Shown here in pieces: positions 27,101-33,679 of a DNA stretch of 53,024 nt; position 1 is the stretch's first letter; each line of letters begins with the position of its first letter. Source of the DNA: a virus. Its lineage: Duplodnaviria; Caudoviricetes. The stretch lies in the IMG/VR virus record IMGVR_UViG_3300037961_002462, positions 1 through 53,024 of that record. One strand, given 5' to 3'. The position numbers were made by a program, and so were the translations under genes. Under the pieces are notes generated by a model. That model did not search any database, was not told where the DNA came from, and was given only the letters and a program-made list of their open reading frames with translations.

Positions 27101-29650
27101 AAAAAAGCTTTTGACAGAAATGTTACTGAGAGTGTAGAATATATGGAAGAAACAAATCTTTTGTCATTTGATGAGTGGTTACAAGATAAAGGTATAACTA
27201 TAAAGTCCTTAACAAAAGGTTCTATTATATATAAAAGACTACAACAAAGATATAAACAATATGTTATAGACTACAATTTGTCAGAAGATTTTATCGTAGA
27301 AAAACTTACTGATGCAAAAATTAAAAAGATGTCTATGGATGATTTATTTAATGCGGTTAAAAAGTTAAATAAGTTAGATGGTAGTGCAAGTAATAGAGCA
27401 AAACATTTAGTTAGAAAAGAAATAGCACAAAGAGCATTTAGAGAACAGTCAGACTTTTTACAAGAACAAGCAGATATACAATCATTTAAATTTGTTAAAC
27501 CAGCAAAATCAGATGATATAACTTGGTTTAGAAAGTGGTTAGGTTCTAATAATATGACATCACGTAGACCAGAAATACAATACATGATTAATGAAATAGA
27601 AAAAAATTATTATAACTATTTACAAAGAAATAGAAAGTATGTAGCTGAAATAAATAAAGTACATAATGAGTTAATTGATAGTAAATTAGCTGGTATATCT
27701 ACAATAGAAAAAATAAAAGGAAGGTTAAACATGGCTCAAAGATATGAGTTATTGTATGGTAACATAACTAATAGAGATAAAAATGGTAGAATTGTATTGT
27801 TGTCTAAAGAACAAATGAAAAGTAAACGTAGTTCTATAACACAACAAGAATACAACTACTGGAAAATGTATCAAGATATAAACAAAAGATTTTCTGATAT
27901 TATAAAACAAGAAAAAACTGATTTTATTAAAAATATAAAAATGGGTGATTTAGAAATGTTTGGTAGAGAAGGTTTGTTTGGTTTGTATGATATGAGAATG
28001 GGTAAAAATATGTACGTAGAAAATGTAAAACTATATTTTGATGTTGGTGGTACACAAGTTTTAATGCCACTCAGTACTATAAGAACATATTTAAAGAGTA
28101 GTGGAGCTACAGCAAAAGAAAGAATAAAGAATGTAGAAACATTAGAAAAACTTAAAAGAAAAGCAACTAGATTAAAAAAACAAGGTAAACATGAGGACGG
28201 TAGTGATATTACACTTACTGATGCAGAAATTGACGCACTTATAGATGATGGTGATGCAATTATGAGAATGGCTAATGGATACGAAGGTGAATTATCTGAA
28301 GCAGATAAAGCATTGATACAAGAAATAAAAAGAAGACAACTTACAGAATTTGAACATATGTCGATGGATTTAAATGGAGCTCTGTTAGAATATGTTAGAG
28401 GTATGTTATTTAAATATGGAGATGTAACTAGAGATAGAAATGGAAAACCAAACAACTTAGATGAAAATCCTTTTGTAGGTATGTCTAACATGTCTGTATT
28501 AGTAGACGCTGTAATAGAATTTAATAAAGAAAATGGAAATAAAAACGCGGCAGAATATTTAACTAGGGTTTGGAAAGATTCATTTTTAGAAAAGAAAAAA
28601 CCTAGATTAAATACAGTAGAAAAAATAATAGACTTTTTAGTAAGACTTACATCTTTAAATGTATTAGGTTTTAATCCATTAGTAGCAGTGGGTAATGTAT
28701 TAGCTGGTAAATATCAGGAGTATAGAAAACGTGGTGGTAAAACATTTAAATTAGGTGAAAAAAGGTATTGGAAAGATTGGGGATACTCACAAAAGTTATT
28801 AGAAAAATACAGAATTATAGAATATAGTTTTAGTGACTTTGTACATCTTGACAACAAAAAAGGAGTGTTTGGTAAGATAGAAAGAGCTTCGTATGTATTT
28901 ATGGATAAAACGGAAAACTATATACAAGGTGCTGCCTTTCTTAGTATGTTAACTGAAGAAGAATATATATCAGGTGAAATATCACAAAGAAGAGTTGCAC
29001 AAATAAATTCTAGAATAGCTACTTTACATGGTGAAGGTTATACAGCTCTAGATGGTAGGTTATTAGGTACTTACGCTTTAGGTAGGGCGGCTTTACAATT
29101 TAAAAAATGGTTTGTTACTTTAATAGGTGACAGATTCCAACAACACGATATAGACAGGTTTGGAGAAGTGCAAATAGGTAGTTATACTGCAACTGGTAAT
29201 TATATAAAAGATTTGTATAGACAGTTTAGAGAAGGTGAAATTACCTTAGAACAAATGCAAGACGCGTATAATAAAATGAGTGTAGAACAACAAAGAGAAA
29301 TGGGTGCCTATATAAGAGGTGTGGCGTTAGCAGGAATTGTAGCGACACTTATATTAGTTATGGATGAAGAAGATGAAACTGATGGTACAGTATTAAGAAA
29401 TCTTAAAAAACTTAATAAAGATATTAATGTAATATCAGATTACAATAGACATATTAATTATACTTTTATACCTTCTAGTGTAGGTTTAATAGAAAGTATT
29501 GGTAAGATTTTAGATGGTATGTCAGAAGGTAATACAGAAAAATGGGAAACAGAATTAAAGTATGATGTTGCTCCATTTGGTAAGACTAGAAGAAAGTTAG
29601 AAAGTTCATTAGAAAGTACTTCTGAAAGAGAAAGCGAAATAATACGATAA
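18107..29650 (+). CDS. Giant virion-packaged DNA-dependent RNA polymerase polyprotein (two-barrel DPBB family), 3847 aa
   Basis: RIPSHG (~24986) followed by GADLDGDS (25106-25129), the R-x-P...DxDGD arrangement of two-barrel RNAPs. Size and position after the muzzle/cargo genes match crAss-like phages. Also IIHEGGH (21146-21160). Confidence 0.85.
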   Translation: MAEKTPLAQDENVSVPGIDIVEYDNNYQNASQLAEGLLNPAPQQNRQMDAYMRSQAVTDVQQQQFEGLSTSPIQPGQESGMFGVDPDAVIGTFAQDTTRSIKAGWGDLVAGTGDTIDVLNAWFNPNDPDPSTSVGNWMRGVGEKYQNENFLVISEDLQDLTWDDMFKAEFWSSKVARLVPYAASFLIPYAGGAALATRFTSKLLIGAAKRGIIGNASRVIGTASKSKKAKYLFGKNRIGGSGLAGVSLVDKGIKGKQALELTRGVKSLSQAVGGGFAANMMEGVYLGGEAYNQGMKDGLTMEQASAAASDVVYDNAQYMWVDMAQYGLLFGGLGKTFRLSRLANLTPDPKRFGFSVKGLINPLVQRGLINLPTVGTYAGIEGFSEGVQETYQEWIKYKAIHKQQGKDYQSYTNWLKTADGKFTKEARDVFWTSVGLGGAMGSVRGYVDGAAERQSTIQERLEKTALGINLQEEGKYSDEAQMMFQQFADEVIAEHIYNYNGDGTPLKQVISKQVEEGKITPEAGEALNNTIDQMVTTYDKHSLSTTLTESGQEQAFYTEVRLERNKQQRQDTKNIFNEERKRVKQNVKDPAKQKELLDEITMEENAVINILDQEKKELENRIESFYYLKEEVMTKDGKVDKRYKKRMTADEFEQFTTQGQERLTASQAQEMGMSVEQYKEYNKRKKEQGTFRNVVESIKDRFKKGRDIVSQKIKDFREPEIKPTESKTTDTDITPQQEAKKKAVIELPEPPKSEKVRRKIPIKDKVKKLAKAIVDKGGELIVKASSIIPTPGGTSYTITDSKGKTIKFFNRTGKVGNQSIENFLSKYIKDKSTDVKIKIILPQDGEANVVKIDGQLFFQYNNDLYQYKMEASIDGQTIGTIEYRDYDIKDEQITRAKKTKSERQVKKTKDVIKKYFDKIKSKVTPSKDKSKDDNLFKKYDGTVPRRNFEVYTNSGLAEYVLLNKILERNQIPADRAYIVSSELLDSFGNEAVSLAIGNSIFIQEGGTVGTDIIHEGGHIYYRMFAGTPLIKRINELLIGTDIYDLTTIEYPELTLIDVGGTVMTLGQYVEIQKGVLNQRNDLDGDIKSIIKSITEVEGVDDTKTNNFYISLLTQLTTKRRGGAIAKRLTDLEQTHLLEESFVRTLEANSFGRLDAIIKDSSTQKKIEEELIKYYKEAKQLTTDEEARQFLDLVDDVVPTLSLDAAMKHILLKFGKKGGIRNSGYAGINRAKKKNITKATEFGLIHTYINYELGKDLTDQEIIDNVIKRIEKSGLVNLKSLDKKLKKEVTSYIESVLYTTKPEYKQLLLTSNDLLIDAIIREKGFKEGSVQEQQAKEKYEEESLNEDDPSDVDKYNEEKKQINMPKTMTNFFKGIAEIYNVKSESPFERKKLMYQLRTISRNTRKNPYEFISAIRNSKFTEIQQMLDILDNKVFKNQNLTDAKLLQINNIFRSMVIERLTGNMLLIQNETDYKWINKPLMSRTTEKTVVKRMLDSWKNLSETKKEQKRIALENVYNTVSQNNFSDKAKAEGTVAILEILFKDTDGYERLDTEAMMNELIVYNNKPMYLMDVFFDTKSTQYGPKLTNKEWMLYNNKSKRWSYKVGDRKAFEYYNNNLSSYKTVLEELMIVSRPYNYLSVVDNVTGDAMSIFNNNNALHNQAYDSVEKIINVDKRKKSIFNPKNNIFAQIIQDKFEMNILLNKQNGEILDNPFDISIQTGMYRYYPGQELIERWDEGARNMTNINPAEIQSMDFFSFLTAIKNAEKGDIVFYDQSIGTFSDKSRRYYVKSIAAIDKNTRQMILSRLYNNPAKNDTYIKGDRVLPFDIIRNKNGEYQIENLTELVEKFKSDIRKNSELYEGHELFRKATQETIENYLISYIGNRFMAQQLLAYDHKQAKNEVDYVKRLAGTIASHMTYDHNTSFEPIIVKDYYVDDNGNLYTEDEIPEGVDVSIENDAAGYILPEQAKIITDKYAGVRDVGGVYKFVYNYRQEDGSTVYLKFAVQVLTPEMEQTSEVHRNIATLLRERNMSIADATIPNLEFIDMFAHGNLVIAASESSAKLWFDGVSGKKGGQYVYDVRNLDDTNLQNILSKQDEIFMEGDINDANRVFVGLDGKGLGIQLELDKQTDERYYPSQLFYHLNNNMYSPANVEILNRMLQLRKNVMEKSNQERNFDEGMISELGATTEQIFKEMESFKSSVDPGIYGQLLSSLFGDIDGRYPAMNDIYNAIARGRVQKKGTKMYTKGSIAYQSSSLGMGLESFVTRNIDGRDVVVSEAFVPGYLQQQGVKVGDLFLGTRIPSHGKVSTSVFVVKGFHQQLEGTPTSKITIPAKVSKYWGADLDGDSIHMNFKYNENEIKSADDWRNDSNEFFDLYVDLVSKQDVRKEITADIEFENEVNNILGEDRKRPESQLTPTGDSQTFKENVPTKKLVGIVAALQRTLNVFSNSGVELGFEIDIEGRKVDRFFDDVALEDGKGNWFGLAQILNIVLDNAKHQYAEGLGINFNSAAGFVMLRRLGYSLQQVKDIYTSDVAKSYFDWLDTTNGKKFTSSKNTIQQLIGKTKRPGKKSSDFIKFLGRNLTKEENKILTIIYNLQEFNKTIAQPIGQMFTVHQGIIKNPLELRATLRKIELIKNNRIKPSIKNYKENKLGNLFTNPILTHAQELMELVLTRASSTDIRYTPYMQSITEEVYTDANSKFFYYSDQQKNKIINHIIKEKLAEYIDVINSSRRLSSLVEDFKTMKEENPNNKFLQSLKVVTNSKGREIIVTNKQILNEFLTESEIQEIKKDFSQLTAEQKDTMINIEYRFFDFGFKEESIIPLFDNVEIQLLNKDIQKAINYMQEAIPTGVKGIDIIEQAESEIQQELKEIKNIEDRLIEESTKERESGDTFDGKMKLTTSEEQSIISGNKKTIAHGFSYNDTGGNIVKLITPGSTLVEISPAIKRNSLDEITDKDAFARSEGYDNFQDMKENGTKYHKDFIEGKKPIYIHKIVGKPSTATENRRAKKAFDRNVTESVEYMEETNLLSFDEWLQDKGITIKSLTKGSIIYKRLQQRYKQYVIDYNLSEDFIVEKLTDAKIKKMSMDDLFNAVKKLNKLDGSASNRAKHLVRKEIAQRAFREQSDFLQEQADIQSFKFVKPAKSDDITWFRKWLGSNNMTSRRPEIQYMINEIEKNYYNYLQRNRKYVAEINKVHNELIDSKLAGISTIEKIKGRLNMAQRYELLYGNITNRDKNGRIVLLSKEQMKSKRSSITQQEYNYWKMYQDINKRFSDIIKQEKTDFIKNIKMGDLEMFGREGLFGLYDMRMGKNMYVENVKLYFDVGGTQVLMPLSTIRTYLKSSGATAKERIKNVETLEKLKRKATRLKKQGKHEDGSDITLTDAEIDALIDDGDAIMRMANGYEGELSEADKALIQEIKRRQLTEFEHMSMDLNGALLEYVRGMLFKYGDVTRDRNGKPNNLDENPFVGMSNMSVLVDAVIEFNKENGNKNAAEYLTRVWKDSFLEKKKPRLNTVEKIIDFLVRLTSLNVLGFNPLVAVGNVLAGKYQEYRKRGGKTFKLGEKRYWKDWGYSQKLLEKYRIIEYSFSDFVHLDNKKGVFGKIERASYVFMDKTENYIQGAAFLSMLTEEEYISGEISQRRVAQINSRIATLHGEGYTALDGRLLGTYALGRAALQFKKWFVTLIGDRFQQHDIDRFGEVQIGSYTATGNYIKDLYRQFREGEITLEQMQDAYNKMSVEQQREMGAYIRGVALAGIVATLILVMDEEDETDGTVLRNLKKLNKDINVISDYNRHINYTFIPSSVGLIESIGKILDGMSEGNTEKWETELKYDVAPFGKTRRKLESSLESTSERESEIIR

Positions 29651-29657
29651 GTTTTAT

Positions 29658-29665
29658 TATCTTTG
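29658..29665 (+). promoter_or_regulatory. Bacteroidota -7 promoter element
   Basis: TATCTTTG in the 38-nt gap before ATG 29689. Confidence 0.6.
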
Positions 29666-29688
29666 TAAAATAATATAAATTAAAAAAA

Positions 29689-29931
29689 ATGGCAAGAAAT
29701 TTAAATGATACATACGCTACAAGAGGAGCTGCGGTAACTGCTTCAGATAGTGCAGATTTAGATAAACCAGGTTTTCTATATGTAGGAACTTCAGGAAATA
29801 TTAAAGTTACTACTACAGAAGGCGATACTTTAACATTTAATAGTATTGCGGCTGGTATAGTACATCCTATATTTGTAAAAAAAGTATTTAGTACAGGGAC
29901 AACAGCATCTAATATTTTAGTAGTATTTTAA
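29689..29931 (+). CDS. Head-spike base protein, RcGTA Rcc01079-like (80 aa)
   Basis: AAVTASDSADL...LYVGTSGNIKVT...TF..IAAG..HPI.VKKVFSTGTTASNI matches the family pattern over its full length. Confidence 0.8.
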   Translation: MARNLNDTYATRGAAVTASDSADLDKPGFLYVGTSGNIKVTTTEGDTLTFNSIAAGIVHPIFVKKVFSTGTTASNILVVF

Positions 29932-29932
29932 T

Positions 29933-30730
29933 ATGAGAGTTGGTATATCAAGTACTGTATCTACTAACGTAGTTAGTGTCGCGGAAAAAAACTATTCGTT
30001 ATTATTCGATGGTAGTAACGATGAAGTAGATTTTACTTCTACTGGTTTTCAAGCAGCTTTAGTTGATGGTAATTTTAAATTAACAGGTTCTGTGTCTATA
30101 TGGGCTAGAGTTAATGTGACGGGTTCTAACGGACAGATGTGGGACTTTGCTATAGATGAAGATAATAGAATACAACTACAGTACAAACATGGTGACGATA
30201 GTTTTACAGGAACATATAGAGCGGGTGGTACTAACAGAACAGTAAACCACAATCCATCAGGAACACAAGAAGGTGACGGTAATTTTCACCATATAGTAGT
30301 GACTTGGGATAGAGCTGGTGAAAACGAACTAAAGATATACTATGATGGTAGTTTAAGAGCAACTCAGACTTTGCCAGCTACTTTAACTGGAGATTTTGAT
30401 GACACTGCTGATAGTACCCTTGGTCAAGCTGGTGCTAGTGGTGTAGAATTTTTATCTGGTACATCATTCAATGGTAATGCAGATTATAATGGTTATTTAG
30501 ATGACTTTGCGGTTTATAGTGATGTGCTTACAGCAAGTAATGTAACTACCCTATATAATAGTGGTAAATCAAATCCATCTAATGTAAGAACAGTAGGAAC
30601 ATTGATTGCGCATTGGAAGTTTAATGAAGGAACAGGAAATACAGTAACAGATTCAAAACAAGGATTTGTCGGTACATTTGGTTCAACAGGTAATGAACCA
30701 GTATTTTCTGAAATAAATGCAGAAGAATAA
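29933..30730 (+). CDS. LamG/ConA-like lectin domain protein, putative head-spike fibre (265 aa)
   Basis: YSLLFDGSNDEV, SVSIWAR, FHHIVVTWD, KIYYDG, GYLDDFAVYSDVLT...LYNSG, AHWKFNEGTG form the LamG signature. Confidence 0.8.
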   Translation: MRVGISSTVSTNVVSVAEKNYSLLFDGSNDEVDFTSTGFQAALVDGNFKLTGSVSIWARVNVTGSNGQMWDFAIDEDNRIQLQYKHGDDSFTGTYRAGGTNRTVNHNPSGTQEGDGNFHHIVVTWDRAGENELKIYYDGSLRATQTLPATLTGDFDDTADSTLGQAGASGVEFLSGTSFNGNADYNGYLDDFAVYSDVLTASNVTTLYNSGKSNPSNVRTVGTLIAHWKFNEGTGNTVTDSKQGFVGTFGSTGNEPVFSEINAEE

Positions 30731-30746
30731 TAAATAAAATAAAATT

Positions 30747-30851
30747 ATGAAAAATAAAATATGTAAATGGGTTCAAGCTATAACATTTGGACTAGTATGT
30801 TTTAAATGGTGTGAGTGTTGTTGTAAATTAGATAACTGTTGTAAAAAATAA
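30747..30851 (+). CDS. Unannotated 34-aa cysteine-rich peptide MKNKICKWVQAITFGLVCFKWCECCCKLDNCCKK
   Basis: Translated by hand; A-rich leader TAAAATAAAATTATG; fills the intergenic gap, stop 4 nt before the next ATG; 8 Cys. Confidence 0.65.
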   Translation: MKNKICKWVQAITFGLVCFKWCECCCKLDNCCKK

Positions 30852-30855
30852 TATT

Positions 30856-31146
30856 ATGGCAAAAGAATTAAACGAGGATACTGGTTTTGTATTAAGCATT
30901 AAAACAATTATAGGACTAGGTTTTGCAGTAGCTACAATTGCTGGTATGTGGTTTACACTACAAGCAGATATAGCAGAAGCGAAAGAATTACCAGTACCAC
31001 CTCCACCAGATGTAACTAGGATGGAATTTGATATGAAGGATAAAAACATACGCCTAACTATCGAAAATACTCAAGAAGATGTTGAAGAGATAAAAGAAGA
31101 TTTAGACAGAATAGAAGAAAAAATTGATGAACTAACCAGAAGATAA
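30856..31146 (+). CDS. Single-pass membrane protein with C-terminal coiled coil (96 aa)
   Basis: TM segment IIGLGFAVATIAGMWFTL, poly-Pro linker, heptad VEEIKEDLDRIEEKIDEL. Confidence 0.7.
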   Translation: MAKELNEDTGFVLSIKTIIGLGFAVATIAGMWFTLQADIAEAKELPVPPPPDVTRMEFDMKDKNIRLTIENTQEDVEEIKEDLDRIEEKIDELTRR

Positions 31147-31493
31147 TGGAAAATTCTGTATGGAAAATTTATTCGTTGCTTTTATTTTGTTACTTGTGTC
31201 CATCATTGCTATATTCGCAGATAACGATAACCCAGTTTAATGCAAGTTGGAACTCTTCAAATGATGTAGAGTGGTTAAACAAGTTATCTGATGTAGATAA
31301 AATAAAATATATAGATATAGCAGAAAACACTAAAGCACAACAAAAACATGAAATAGTAGTAGTTCCTACTATTGTAATATATAAGGACGGAGAAGAAGTA
31401 AAAAGATTACAAGCAGACATATCGTTTGCTATAAAAGCAACTAGAGAAGAGTTGCAAGAATATATAGATGAACTATTAATGGAAGACTTTTAA
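31146..31493 (+). CDS. Exported thioredoxin-fold protein lacking the CxxC active site (115 aa)
   Basis: Signal peptide ending YSQ; FNASWNSSN in place of F.A.WCxxC; YIDI; IVVVPTIVIYKDGEEVKR (cis-Pro loop motif). Confidence 0.75.
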   Translation: MENSVWKIYSLLLFCYLCPSLLYSQITITQFNASWNSSNDVEWLNKLSDVDKIKYIDIAENTKAQQKHEIVVVPTIVIYKDGEEVKRLQADISFAIKATREELQEYIDELLMEDF

Positions 31494-33679
31494 TGAAAAA
31501 ATTATTATTATTTTTATTATTACCATTGTTAACTTTCGGACAAAAGGAAGTCATTATAACTATTAAAACAGATGTATATCCAGGAGAAACAAAATGGGTG
31601 TTATATGATTCTGTTTATCAAGGTGATACATTAGCCCATGTTCCTTATGGGTATTATACACAAAACAATACTGTTAATAGTGATACAGTGTACATTCCAG
31701 ATAGTATTACTAATATATCTTTTGTTATATTCGATTCTTATGGAGACGGTATAACTAATGGGGAGTATTATGTAAGTATATGTGGAGACACCGTAGTTGA
31801 TTATCCTACTAGTACATTTACTTCAGGATTAATACATAATAGAGTTGTACCACAATGTATGCCACAACCACCACCAGTTCAGTTAGTTCCAGCTAAAGTT
31901 ATAATAAACTTAGACCAGTATCAAAGTGAAACATCTTGGGATATAAAGGATACAAATGGTAATGTATATGCTATGGGTGGTAATTATAATACACAACCAG
32001 ATTACTCTACAATAGTAATTCCTGTACAAATACCTAAAGGTAATTTAATATTTACTATATATGATACGTACGGTGATGGTTTAAATGGGAGTTTGTGGCA
32101 GGGTCAAGATGGTTCGTATTTTGTAAAACAATGTAATGATACATTAGTGTATGGTACAAACCCAGCTTTTGGTAACGACACATCACATATATTTGTTTCA
32201 GATTCTTGTCCGCCTATATATGGGTGTACAGATGATGATTATGTAGAATGGAATCCATTTGCAGATATAGATGACGGGAGTTGTCAAACATTAAAAATAT
32301 TTGGATGTATAGACAGTACAATGTACAATTATGATAGTACAGCAAATACTATGGAACTTATAGATACTTGTGAGTATACATTGATACTACATGACCTTAT
32401 GGGTAATGGATGGGTTGGTTCACATTTAAAAGTGATACATCCAGATACATCTTATCAATTTACACATACAGGTGGTTTTATAGATGAATATCAAATAGGA
32501 TTAACCGCGCCTGACCCAGTAACATTTAGATTTCATATATCGTCACAGGCAAGTTTAACTACAATAGAATGTGGTTTTACATTTATAAATCCAGAGGGTG
32601 ATACTTTGATAAGTATTATGCCTCCATTTATACAACCATTATTACCATATCATATAATAACAAACTGTGGTAATACATGTGAAGAAAAACTATTCGGTTG
32701 TACTGATAGTACAGCTGTTAATTATACTGACTCTGTCAACACTGATGACGGTAGTTGTTATTATAATCCAGGTTGTATGAATCCTCTATTTTTAGAATAT
32801 GATTCTACAGCCGATTATGATAATGGTTCTTGTGAAACTTTAATAGTTTTAGGATGTATGGATAGTACAGCTTTAAATTACAACCCAAATGCAAATGTAG
32901 AATTACCTGGTAGTTGTATAGATATAATATATGGATGTATGAATCCATTAGCATTTAATTATAATCCTAATGCAAACGTAGACGATTCTACATGTATACC
33001 ATTGATATATGGTTGCACAGACCCAACTATGTTTAACTATTGTGATAGTTGTAATACAGATGATGGAAGTTGCGAACCATTTGTATATGGATGTACAGAT
33101 TCAACAATGTTTAATTTTAATCCACTTGCAAATGCTGACAATAATTCTTGTGTTCCTTATATTATCGGGTGTACTGACCCTACTGCACTTAATTACAACC
33201 CCGAAGCTAATACAGAAGATTTTAGTTGTATTGATTATATCTATGGTTGTACTGATAGTACTGCTCTTAATTATAATCCAGAAGCTAATACTGACAATGG
33301 TTCGTGTATTGATGTGGTTGAAGGATGTATGGACCAAGATGCGCACACATATAATGAACTAGCTAATGTAAATATAGAAGATTCATGTTTTTATGACGCA
33401 GAATGTATAACAGGACCTGGAGAACCATATTGGTTAAATGACCCTTGTTATGCTTGGGTTATAGATGTTGATGAGTATTGTTGTGAAAATGAATGGGACA
33501 ATATATGTCAATTAACATATGACTATTGTGAAGGTACTTGGACAGGGCCGTTACCAAAACGAACGAAACAGTTAATTATGATTGTAGATATATTAGGTAG
33601 ACCTGTAGTAGAAAATAAAAATCAACTATTGTTTTATATATATGACGATGGTAGTGTAGAGAAAAATTTAAAACAATGA
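31493..33679 (+). CDS. Secreted Cys-repeat protein with T9SS-like C-terminal sorting tail (728 aa)
   Basis: Signal peptide MKKLLLFLLLPLLTFG/Q; two TDxYxxETxW...DxYGDG domains; 11 GC(T/M)D..A.NY...AN.DDGSC repeats; C-terminal LIMIVDILGR...LFYIYDDGSVEK. Confidence 0.75.
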   Translation: MKKLLLFLLLPLLTFGQKEVIITIKTDVYPGETKWVLYDSVYQGDTLAHVPYGYYTQNNTVNSDTVYIPDSITNISFVIFDSYGDGITNGEYYVSICGDTVVDYPTSTFTSGLIHNRVVPQCMPQPPPVQLVPAKVIINLDQYQSETSWDIKDTNGNVYAMGGNYNTQPDYSTIVIPVQIPKGNLIFTIYDTYGDGLNGSLWQGQDGSYFVKQCNDTLVYGTNPAFGNDTSHIFVSDSCPPIYGCTDDDYVEWNPFADIDDGSCQTLKIFGCIDSTMYNYDSTANTMELIDTCEYTLILHDLMGNGWVGSHLKVIHPDTSYQFTHTGGFIDEYQIGLTAPDPVTFRFHISSQASLTTIECGFTFINPEGDTLISIMPPFIQPLLPYHIITNCGNTCEEKLFGCTDSTAVNYTDSVNTDDGSCYYNPGCMNPLFLEYDSTADYDNGSCETLIVLGCMDSTALNYNPNANVELPGSCIDIIYGCMNPLAFNYNPNANVDDSTCIPLIYGCTDPTMFNYCDSCNTDDGSCEPFVYGCTDSTMFNFNPLANADNNSCVPYIIGCTDPTALNYNPEANTEDFSCIDYIYGCTDSTALNYNPEANTDNGSCIDVVEGCMDQDAHTYNELANVNIEDSCFYDAECITGPGEPYWLNDPCYAWVIDVDEYCCENEWDNICQLTYDYCEGTWTGPLPKRTKQLIMIVDILGRPVVENKNQLLFYIYDDGSVEKNLKQ
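32215..33390 (+). repeat. About 26-aa (78-nt) two-Cys repeats: 2 copies, a spacer domain, then 9 in tandem
   Basis: For example GCTDPTALNYNPEANTEDFSC and GCTDSTALNYNPEANTDNGSC. Confidence 0.85.

Noticed and set aside
30856-31146. Assignment of the 96-aa TM protein as the lysis holin or spanin
   Set aside because: A better holin candidate lies near the endolysin (36404-36829) and no partner lipoprotein is evident. It was left as a membrane protein of the envelope cassette, though a lysis role is not excluded.
31188-31199. CYLC as the thioredoxin redox motif
   Set aside because: It lies in the predicted signal peptide, not at the active-site position, which reads WNSSN.
32690-33390. CRISPR array or DGR template/variable repeat
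   Set aside because: The repeats are in-frame protein repeats diverging largely at synonymous positions. There are no spacers, no adenine-specific variation and no reverse transcriptase in the window.
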